Shown piece by piece: positions 1 through 7,460 of a DNA stretch of 64,000 nt. Position numbers and translations under genes: made by a program. The first letter of the stretch is position 1. Every line of letters begins with the position of its first letter. Source of the DNA: Candidatus Nealsonbacteria bacterium (GTDB lineage Bacteria > Patescibacteriota > Minisyncoccia > Minisyncoccales > JAUWAW01). The notes below the pieces were generated by a model. The model was given only the letters and a program-made list of their open reading frames with translations. It ran no database searches and was not told where the DNA came from. The stretch spans positions 46,433 through 110,432 of the forward strand of contig JAUWAW010000001.1 of the NCBI GenBank assembly GCA_030601865.1. The letters run 5' to 3'.

Positions 1-302
1 GCCTCCAAGATATTAATCCTGTCAATAACCTTATGCCCGACTCTACCTATCCCCCACTCTATATCTGGATGCTGTTTCAAAAATTTGTAAACCTCCTCTC
101 TTTTTTTAGGTGATAATTTTTTACTATCTTTAAGGGTTGTCATCCTGAGCGAAGCCCGCCCAACTTTCTTCGAAAGTTGGGCGGGCGAAGCGAAGGATCC
201 CGTCGTTTTTACTACTACCGCCGCAGCCACCACTGGGCCTGAAAGCGGTCCGCGGCCTGCTTCATCAATTCCCACCATACGTTTATATCTCTTTTTCGCC
301 AT
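1..302 (-). CDS. rnhB: Ribonuclease HII, N-terminal ~100 aa (gene continues beyond window start)
   Basis: Own minus-strand translation from ATG at 302-300: MAKKRYKRMVGIDEAGRGPLSGPVVAAAVVV...LKDSKKLSPKKREEVYKFL...IDRINILEA. GIDEAGRGP and DSKKL are RNase HII motifs. Not in the ORF track because no stop lies inside the window. Carries a 63-bp palindromic element in frame. Confidence 0.85.
   Translation of the reverse strand, partial: MAKKRYKRMVGIDEAGRGPLSGPVVAAAVVVKTTGSFASPAQLSKKVGRASLRMTTLKDSKKLSPKKREEVYKFLKQHPDIEWGIGRVGHKVIDRINILE
139..201. repeat. Family-1 palindromic element (GTCATCCTGAG..GAAGGATCC) with nested 14-bp hairpin, in frame inside rnhB
   Basis: gtcatcctgagcgaagc-cccgcccaactttc/ttc/gaaagttgggcggg-cgaagcgaaggatccc; 63 bp = 21 codons; related copies at 7966, 8476, 49828. 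Confidence 0.85.
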
Positions 303-330
303 TGACTTATTATATCATATTTGCTAAATT
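302..330 (+). promoter_or_regulatory. Sigma70-like promoter facing the ORF-free region 331-935
   Basis: TTGACT (302-307), 17-nt spacer, TGc-TAAATT (322-330). Confidence 0.45.
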
Positions 331-887
331 CAAAGCGATGGAGGGATAGATCTTTGAAAACAAGGTTGTCCCGTTTGATTGTGTTTCAATGTTTTATTCT
401 CTATGAAGGGAGAGAGTGCAATGAAAAGATTAATTGAAGCAGACGAAGTGTCATTGTAGCCTGTGTGGAGTTTACCAACGGCAACAGAAAATATTAGAAT
501 GTACACCAATGGAATGTTTAATCCGAAGGATTAAACACATTGCTGACTGAAATTTTAGGAAAGGATGAGAAATCTTTGCAGAATAAAGGGAAAAGGAGGT
601 TTATTTCTTATTTCGAATATGGTAAAGGTCGACATTATCATCTTTTTTTACGTTCTCTTAAATTTAAGATAAGATGTTACGTTTTAAAGCTTATTGCCAA
701 AATCCTTAATCTTGGCAAACCGTATTGTCGTATATGCTATCATACTGGAATGTATTGGTGTAAATGTAAACCATGGCAAGTTTCGGGCAATGGACCCAAA
801 CTCTGGAGAAGGCATTGTTATATGAAAGGATTTGAAAAGAAATACTAATTTTAGTTTTTTTGAAGAGGAAAAATAGAACCTTTCACC

Positions 888-937
888 AAGCGCTAGGAAT
901 AGAAAAGAGGAAAAATTCTTTGGCGCTTTTTTATTTT
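888..937 (+). terminator. Possible intrinsic terminator closing the ORF-free unit
   Basis: Imperfect hairpin aagcgctaggaat...attctttggcgctt followed by ttttttatttt. Confidence 0.4.
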
Positions 938-964
938 GGCAAAAAAATCTATATATGATACAAT
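936..964 (+). promoter_or_regulatory. dnaE promoter
   Basis: TTGGCA (936-941), 17-nt spacer, TACAAT (959-964); ATG at 976 lies 11 nt after the -10 box, implying a very short leader. Confidence 0.55.
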
Positions 965-3900
965 ACAACAATTGTATGAAATTCACTCATCTTCACGTCC
1001 ATAGCCACTACTCCCTACTTGATGGACTTCCCAAAATAGACCAACTTTTGGATTATGTTAAGGAACTGGGAATGGATTCTGTGGCTTTAACTGACCACGG
1101 TGTTTTGTATGGGGCGGTTGAATTTTACAAAAAAGCAAAAGGAAAAGGCATCAAGCCCATTATTGGCTGCGAGGTCTATGTGGCCTACGAAAGAATGCAG
1201 CAAAAACGGCCTAATATTGATGACAAAAGATACCACTTGGTTCTTTTGGCCAAAAACGAACAGGGTTATAAAAACTTGGTTAAACTTGTTACCAAAGCCC
1301 ATTTAGAAGGTTTTTATTACAAACCAAGAATTGACCATCAGCTTCTTGAAAAACACGCCTCAGGTCTAATTGGCCTATCGGGCTGCCTGCAAGGCAGAAT
1401 TCCAAAGTTGGTCATAGCTGGCAAAACTGAAGAAGCAGAAAAACTGGCTCTTTACTATCAAAAAATCTTTGGCCAAGATAGTTTTTATTTGGAAATTCAA
1501 GACCATCCCAATCTCAAAGAGCAGCAAAAAGTAAACAATGCCTTAATTGATTTTTCCAAAAAACTTAATATCCCTTTAGTGGCTACCAACGACTGCCATT
1601 ATTTGAAATCAGAAGATGCCGAAGCCCAGGATATTTTAATGTTAATCAACACCGGCTCCAAGCAGGACGACCCGGAACGGCTCACAATGAAGGCGGACGA
1701 TTTTTCAATGCGCACGCCCCAGCAGATGAGTGAATTCTGCGCAAAACAAGGCGCGGCTGAAGCAGTAGAAAATACAGAAAAGATTAGCCAGATGTGCAAT
1801 TTTGAGTTTAAACTAGGTGAAACAAAATTGCCCTTTTTTGAAACACCCAATGACAAAACCCCAGATGAATATCTAAAAGAACTCTGCTATAAGGGGCTCG
1901 GAGAAAAGAAAAAACAAATTGAAAAGAAAAAACAAGCAATTGAGCGATTGGAATATGAACTGTCGGTAATAAAAGAAACTGGCTTTGCCCCCTACTTTTT
2001 GATTGTCCAGGATTTTGTTAACTGGGCAAAAGGGGAAAGAATTGTAGTTGGTCCCGGCAGAGGGAGTGATGCAAGCTCTCTGGTTTGCTACCTCTTGAAT
2101 ATTACCGAAGTTGACCCTTTGAAGCACGGTTTACTGTTCGAGCGCTTCCTTAATAAAGATCGTATCTCAATGCCCGATTTTGATCTTGATTTTACTGACA
2201 GAAGAAGGGACGAAGTCATTGACTATGTGGCTCAAAAATACGGCCGAGACAGGGTAGCTCAAATCATTACTTTTGGCACCATGGCCGCCAGAGCTGTCAT
2301 CCGAGATGTGGGCCGAGCCATGGGCGTAAGTTATGCCTTCTGCGACCAAACTGCTAAGATGATTCCCTTTGGCTCCACATTAGATGAGTGTTTAGAAAAA
2401 GTTTCAGAATTCCGCCAACTTTACGATACTGACGAGCAAGCCAGAAAACTGATTGACTCGGCTAAAAAATTAGAAGGAGTGGCTCGCCACGCCTCAACTC
2501 ATGCCTGCGGAGTAGTCATTTCCAAAGAACCCTTAACAGAACTTGTTCCTCTGCAGCACCCTACTCAAAACGACGAGAATATTGTGACTCAGTATGAGAT
2601 GCACGCCATAGAGGACTTAGGTCTTTTAAAAATAGACCTCTTGGGTTTAAAAAACCTAGCCATTATTGAAGACACTTTAGCCAAGATTTATGTTATTCAT
2701 AAGAAAAATATTGATATTTCTAAAATCCCTTTTGATGACAAAAAAACTTTCAGAATTTTCCAACAAGCCCAGACCACCGGCGTATTCCAATGTGAAAGTT
2801 CGGGCTTTAAAAGATACTTAAAACAATTAAAGCCCACTGTTTTTGACGATATAGTGGTCATGATTTCCCTTTATCGGCCAGGGCCCATAGAACTTATTCC
2901 TGAATATATTGCCAGAAAACATAAAAGAAAGAAAATAGAATATATCCATCCGTCTTTAAAGCCAGTCTTGGAAGCAACCTACGGATTACCGGTCTTTCAG
3001 GAACAGATTATGCAGATTGCCCGCACTTTGGCTGGCTTCTCCCTTTCTGAAGCCGATGTTTTAAGAAAAGCAATCGGTAAAAAAATTAAAGATTTATTAG
3101 AAGCCCAAAGAGAAAAGTTTATCCAGGGATGCATTAAAAAGAATATTTCTCAAGGAATTGCTGAAAAAGTTTTCCAATGGATTGAGCCGCATGCTCGTTA
3201 CTCATTCAATAAGGCCCATGGTACAGCCTACGGCATGATCGCCTATCAAACCGCCTATCTCAAAGCCCATTATCCATTGGAACTGATGGCTTCGGTTTTA
3301 ACCTCAGAAAAAACAGATGTGGAAAGAGTTGCTTTCTTAATTGAAGAATGCAAAGATATGGGCGTTGAAGTGCTGCCTCCCGATATTAATGAAAGTTATC
3401 GCCATTTCTCAGTGGTCCCCGAAGAAAATAAAATAAGATTCGGGCTTTTGGCCATAAAAAATGTTGGCTCTAATGTGGTGGAAGCCATAGTTAAAGAAAG
3501 AAAAGAAAGAGGAATTTTTAAATCTGTGGAAGATTTTATAAGCCGTATTAGTGCCCGAGATTTAAATAAAAGATCTTTGGAGAGTTTAATTAAAGCCGGT
3601 GCTTTTGATAAGTTAGCAGAAAGAAAACAACTTTTATTCAATTTGGAAAAACTTTTAGAATGGGGCAGGGAAACCCAGAAAACCAAGACCAATGGCCAAA
3701 AAGGACTTTTTGATAATACCACCTACACCGCTACCTTAGTCCTTGAAGAGACTGCACCTGCTTCCAAAAAAGAAAAATTAGAATGGGAAAAAGAATTATT
3801 AGGACTTTTTGTTACCAGCCATCCCCTGGAAGAGTTCAAGCATATCTTTGCCCAAAAAGCCATTTCCTTGCAAAAAATCAGCGATGGATTTATAAATAAA

Positions 3901-4149
3901 AGAGTAAGGGTGGGCGGCATTATTTCTGGCATTAAAAGGATTATCACTAAAAATGGCAAGCCAATGCTTTTTGTCAACTTGGAAGACCAGACCACTAAAG
4001 TTGAAGTCATTGCTTTTCCGGGGGTTCTGGAGAAAAACCCGAGTGTTTTCCAGGAAAATAAAATTGTTTTTGTTTCGGGCAGAGTAGACAGCCGAGACGG
4101 CGTGCCCAAAATAATTGCGGACGAAGTAGAAGAAATCGTGGAGAAATAA
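955..4149 (+). CDS. dnaE: DNA polymerase III alpha subunit
   Basis: 1064-aa ORF; PHP motif HLHVHSHYSLLDG at the N-terminus, pol III alpha core, C-terminal OB region. The real start is probably the ATG at 976 (MKFTHLHVHS). Confidence 0.95.
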   Translation: MIQYNNCMKFTHLHVHSHYSLLDGLPKIDQLLDYVKELGMDSVALTDHGVLYGAVEFYKKAKGKGIKPIIGCEVYVAYERMQQKRPNIDDKRYHLVLLAKNEQGYKNLVKLVTKAHLEGFYYKPRIDHQLLEKHASGLIGLSGCLQGRIPKLVIAGKTEEAEKLALYYQKIFGQDSFYLEIQDHPNLKEQQKVNNALIDFSKKLNIPLVATNDCHYLKSEDAEAQDILMLINTGSKQDDPERLTMKADDFSMRTPQQMSEFCAKQGAAEAVENTEKISQMCNFEFKLGETKLPFFETPNDKTPDEYLKELCYKGLGEKKKQIEKKKQAIERLEYELSVIKETGFAPYFLIVQDFVNWAKGERIVVGPGRGSDASSLVCYLLNITEVDPLKHGLLFERFLNKDRISMPDFDLDFTDRRRDEVIDYVAQKYGRDRVAQIITFGTMAARAVIRDVGRAMGVSYAFCDQTAKMIPFGSTLDECLEKVSEFRQLYDTDEQARKLIDSAKKLEGVARHASTHACGVVISKEPLTELVPLQHPTQNDENIVTQYEMHAIEDLGLLKIDLLGLKNLAIIEDTLAKIYVIHKKNIDISKIPFDDKKTFRIFQQAQTTGVFQCESSGFKRYLKQLKPTVFDDIVVMISLYRPGPIELIPEYIARKHKRKKIEYIHPSLKPVLEATYGLPVFQEQIMQIARTLAGFSLSEADVLRKAIGKKIKDLLEAQREKFIQGCIKKNISQGIAEKVFQWIEPHARYSFNKAHGTAYGMIAYQTAYLKAHYPLELMASVLTSEKTDVERVAFLIEECKDMGVEVLPPDINESYRHFSVVPEENKIRFGLLAIKNVGSNVVEAIVKERKERGIFKSVEDFISRISARDLNKRSLESLIKAGAFDKLAERKQLLFNLEKLLEWGRETQKTKTNGQKGLFDNTTYTATLVLEETAPASKKEKLEWEKELLGLFVTSHPLEEFKHIFAQKAISLQKISDGFINKRVRVGGIISGIKRIITKNGKPMLFVNLEDQTTKVEVIAFPGVLEKNPSVFQENKIVFVSGRVDSRDGVPKIIADEVEEIVEK

Positions 4150-4167
4150 CCCTACGAATTACGAATT
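4150..4167. repeat. TACGAAT-array element (family 5), short copy between dnaE stop and thrS start
   Basis: ccc-tacgaat-tacgaat-t immediately after the dnaE stop codon. Confidence 0.7.
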
Positions 4168-4174
4168 TACAAAT

Positions 4175-5914
4175 ATGTCAAACAAAAAAATAGAAAAAAT
4201 TCGGCATTCGCTGGCGCATATTATGGCTGCAACGGTTAAGGAGCTTTATCCAAGAGTCAAATTCGGTATTGGCCCGGCCATTGAAAATGGTTTTTATTAT
4301 GATTTTGATTTAACCTCTCCTCTGTTCCCTGAAAATCTGCCAAAAATTGAAAAGAAAATACGGGAATTGATTAGAAAAGATTTAAAGTTTGAGAAAGAAA
4401 GTATTTCAAGAACAGAAGCCAAAAAAATATTTAAAAACCAACCATATAAATTCGAATTAATTAAAGAACTAAAAGGGCTACAAGTTTCATGTTTCAAGTT
4501 TCATGATTTCGTTGACTTGTGCAAGGGGCCTCATATTAAATCAACCAAAGAAATAAATCCCAAGGCGTTCAAATTAACTAAAATCGCCGGGGCTTACTGG
4601 CGGGGTGATGAGAAAAACCCCATGCTCACCCGCATTTATGGCGTGGCCTTTGAAACAGAAAAAGAATTAAAAGATTATTTAAAACAAGTTGAAGAAGCAG
4701 AACAAAGAGACCATCGTGTTTTGGGTGAAAAATTGGACTTATTTCATATTGATAAAGCCATCGGCCCAGGCCTTATCCTTTGGCATCCCAAAGGCGCACT
4801 CCTCAAAAAAATCATTGAGGATTATGTGCTTTCAGAATACCTAAAAGCCGGCTATCAACTGGTTAACACTCCCCATATTGCTAAAATTTCCATTTGGGAT
4901 ACCTCGGGCCACACCAAATTCTACAAAGACAGTATGTTCCCAGTCATGCAACTCAAGGAAATGGGCAAGGTAATCCCTTATCAGCTCAAACCAATGAATT
5001 GCCCTTTTCATATCTTGATTTATCAAAAAGAAATTAGAAGTTATCGCCAATTACCTATCCGATACACTGAATTAGGCACGGTTTATAGATACGAGAAATC
5101 AGGCACCTTGCACGGGCTGACGCGAGTGCGTGGTTTTACTCAAGATGATGCTCATATTTTCTGCACTCCTGAACAACTTGGTAAAGAGTTAGTGTCTGTT
5201 TTAAAACTAACTTTAAAAATATTTAAAACTTTTGGTTTTAAAGAATTTGAGATATGTCTTTCCACCCGGCCAAAAAAATATGTTGGCACTTTAAAAAGTT
5301 GGCAGAAAGCCACCAATGCTTTAAAATATGCCTTGGAAAAAGTAAAACTTGCCTATCAAATTGACCCTGGCGAGGGCGTTTTCTATGGACCCAAGATTGA
5401 CATTAAAATCAAAGATTCTTTGGGAAGGGCTTGGCAGTGTACCACCATCCAAGTTGATTTCAATTTACCTGAGGGATTTAATTTAAGCTATATTGATAAA
5501 AAAGGCAAAAAGAAACAGCCCATTATGATTCACCGAGCGCTTCTGGGTTCTTTGGAAAGATTTATTGGCGTTTTGATTGAGCATTATGCAGGCGCTTTCC
5601 CTTTGTGGCTGGCTCCAGAACAGACTTGGATTATTCCCGTAGGTACCCGTCACAAAAAATACGCCCGTGAAACATGCAAACAACTCTACGAGAACAGTTC
5701 TCGTAGTATTGTAAAAGACGCCAATGAAACCGTTTCCAAAAAAATAAGGGAAGGGGAAATCCAAAAAATTCCCTATCTCTTGGTTGTCGGCGACAAAGAA
5801 ATAAAAAGAAAATCAGTTAGGGTCCGCCAGCGAGGCAAGGGCGATATTGGAAAAATGAAACTGAATAAATTTATAGAAAAATGCCAGAATTGTCTTTGCA
5901 AACGCAAAAATTAA
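4175..5914 (+). CDS. thrS: Threonine--tRNA ligase (no N-terminal TGS domain)
   Basis: 579 aa; HSLAHIMA editing-domain motif, class II core (YRYEKSGTLHGLTRVRGFTQDDAHIF), C-terminal anticodon-binding domain. Confidence 0.93.
   Translation: MSNKKIEKIRHSLAHIMAATVKELYPRVKFGIGPAIENGFYYDFDLTSPLFPENLPKIEKKIRELIRKDLKFEKESISRTEAKKIFKNQPYKFELIKELKGLQVSCFKFHDFVDLCKGPHIKSTKEINPKAFKLTKIAGAYWRGDEKNPMLTRIYGVAFETEKELKDYLKQVEEAEQRDHRVLGEKLDLFHIDKAIGPGLILWHPKGALLKKIIEDYVLSEYLKAGYQLVNTPHIAKISIWDTSGHTKFYKDSMFPVMQLKEMGKVIPYQLKPMNCPFHILIYQKEIRSYRQLPIRYTELGTVYRYEKSGTLHGLTRVRGFTQDDAHIFCTPEQLGKELVSVLKLTLKIFKTFGFKEFEICLSTRPKKYVGTLKSWQKATNALKYALEKVKLAYQIDPGEGVFYGPKIDIKIKDSLGRAWQCTTIQVDFNLPEGFNLSYIDKKGKKKQPIMIHRALLGSLERFIGVLIEHYAGAFPLWLAPEQTWIIPVGTRHKKYARETCKQLYENSSRSIVKDANETVSKKIREGEIQKIPYLLVVGDKEIKRKSVRVRQRGKGDIGKMKLNKFIEKCQNCLCKRKN
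5687..5705. repeat. Family-4 palindrome TACGAGAACAGTTCTCGTA inside thrS
   Basis: Perfect 9+1+9 palindrome. The 25-nt string ctacgagaacagttctcgtagtatt is identical to the one in mnmA at 40876-40900. Confidence 0.85.
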
Positions 5915-7455
5915 TCTCCCGCTATCAAGAGTGGTATCAATCTAAACAACCTCAAGAAGGTGTGCCGACCATCCATGTTGATGAAGTGGCCTCTAAGGTG
6001 GCTGCTTTTTATGAGAGAATCAGAGAGGTAGTGGATTGGAAAGAAGAACATCTGATGAGAAGAGCGGCCATAAGCAGGATGGTCAAAAGAAGGTTGCTTT
6101 TGGGCGAAAACCACCAGGATATGGCTGAATCCTTAATAATGGAATTAATCAGAGGAGGACACTTTCCTAACGATAAAATTGAAGAAAACAAGATTGAAGA
6201 GGTGCAAAAAATAATTGATAAGTATAGATTTATTCTTAAAAAGAGTCCTAAACCGCCCAAGGAAAAATTAAAAATCCAACTTTACAACTGGATTTTGGGA
6301 ATTGCTGCTTGTGAGGTTGAAGAAGCCTTGTCACCTCCCCTGAGAGAAAGAGCCCTGATGAATTATATGACTAAATTGATGCAGGAAAGAATTAGAATCA
6401 GCCAAGGAATTCTTGTCATCGGAGGGATGACAGAAGAAGAAAAAAATATCCAAACATATATCGCAGTGCAGCGGGCTTTATTTAAATTAGACGCGCCCCT
6501 TATCAGTTATAATCTTTTTAAAAAAAGATACCCTAACTACTATAGTGAGAACATTTACTCTGTTTGGGAAAGTGTAGAAAATGACTTAAACCATCCTCTG
6601 GCTGACAAGTTCTATAGAATCTGCGAAAAATATGACACGGCTTATCTACTTTTAGGTGATGTTCTATCTAAAGACCCCATGGGAGTCCAAGAAAAAATCT
6701 CACAACCGGCGGTTTTAGAAAGCGCTATCAAAAATGCCTATAATCAACGACTCAGCACACTCAAATCTCGGCTCTCTCGAGCAGCTGTTTATGCCACTTT
6801 ATCTATATTTCTGACCAATATTGTCTCCCTTTTAGCAGTGGAGATTCCATTTACTTGTTATGTTACCGGCCATTTTAATTTTTGGGCCATTGGCGTAGAT
6901 ATCCTAGGCCCCACTTTTTTAATGGCCTTTTTAGTAGTAACCATTAGGCCTCCTAAAAAAGAAAATTTGACTCATGTAATAATGGAAACGATGAAAATTG
7001 CCTATCAAAAAGAGAGAAAAGACATTTATGAGATTAAAATTAGAAAAAAACGAGGAATTATTCTCAATTTTATTATCAGTCTTTTTTACTTTTTCAGTTT
7101 CTGTCTATCGGTTGGTTTAGTAATTTGGGGGCTTTATAAAGTGCATTTTCCCATACTTTCTTATCCTATTTTTGTTATCTTTATTTCCTTAATTGCCTTT
7201 GCTGGAGCTAAAATCAGAGAAAGAGCCAAAGAATTACATATTATAGAAAAGAAAGAAAGTATGCTCAATATCGTGCTTGATTTATTTTCTGTACCCATTG
7301 TCCATTTGGGAAAATGGTTGTCAATCCGCTGGAAAAAGTATAATGTTATCTCGGTTTTTTTCAGCGCCTTAATAGATATGCCCTTTTTGCTTTTTGTAGA
7401 ATTCTTAGAACAATGGAGATACTTTCTCAAAGAAAAGAAAGAAGAAATCCACTAA
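5881..7455 (+). CDS. Hypothetical protein, helical N-terminal half plus multi-pass membrane C-terminal half
   Basis: 524-aa ORF overlapping the thrS end by 34 nt; several hydrophobic helices after residue ~300; no family recognised. Confidence 0.6.
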   Translation: MPELSLQTQKLISRYQEWYQSKQPQEGVPTIHVDEVASKVAAFYERIREVVDWKEEHLMRRAAISRMVKRRLLLGENHQDMAESLIMELIRGGHFPNDKIEENKIEEVQKIIDKYRFILKKSPKPPKEKLKIQLYNWILGIAACEVEEALSPPLRERALMNYMTKLMQERIRISQGILVIGGMTEEEKNIQTYIAVQRALFKLDAPLISYNLFKKRYPNYYSENIYSVWESVENDLNHPLADKFYRICEKYDTAYLLLGDVLSKDPMGVQEKISQPAVLESAIKNAYNQRLSTLKSRLSRAAVYATLSIFLTNIVSLLAVEIPFTCYVTGHFNFWAIGVDILGPTFLMAFLVVTIRPPKKENLTHVIMETMKIAYQKERKDIYEIKIRKKRGIILNFIISLFYFFSFCLSVGLVIWGLYKVHFPILSYPIFVIFISLIAFAGAKIRERAKELHIIEKKESMLNIVLDLFSVPIVHLGKWLSIRWKKYNVISVFFSALIDMPFLLFVEFLEQWRYFLKEKKEEIH

Positions 7456-7460
7456 CCTAA

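Noticed and set aside
303-955. RNase P RNA, tmRNA, SRP RNA or a common riboswitch in the ORF-free region
   Set aside because: Several signature strings were not found: GAGGAAAGTCC and ACAGAAnCCGGCTTA for RNase P, GGGGCTGA...TTCGA..CCA tRNA-like ends for tmRNA, and GGAAGCAGCC for SRP. A weak resemblance (ggcaacagaaa, gaagcag) is insufficient.
540-986. ORFs 540-848 (+) and 684-986 (-) as protein genes
   Set aside because: They overlap each other. They have Cys/Trp/His/Tyr-rich low-complexity composition unlike any other protein here. The first starts on TTG, and the second runs through the dnaE promoter. The region is treated as non-coding.
1087-4109. Antisense and alternative-frame ORFs inside dnaE, and similar ORFs inside thrS, gatB, gyrB, clp-like, ATPase and murF-like genes
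   Set aside because: These are shadow ORFs within strongly supported long genes. They have biased composition and no independent signals.
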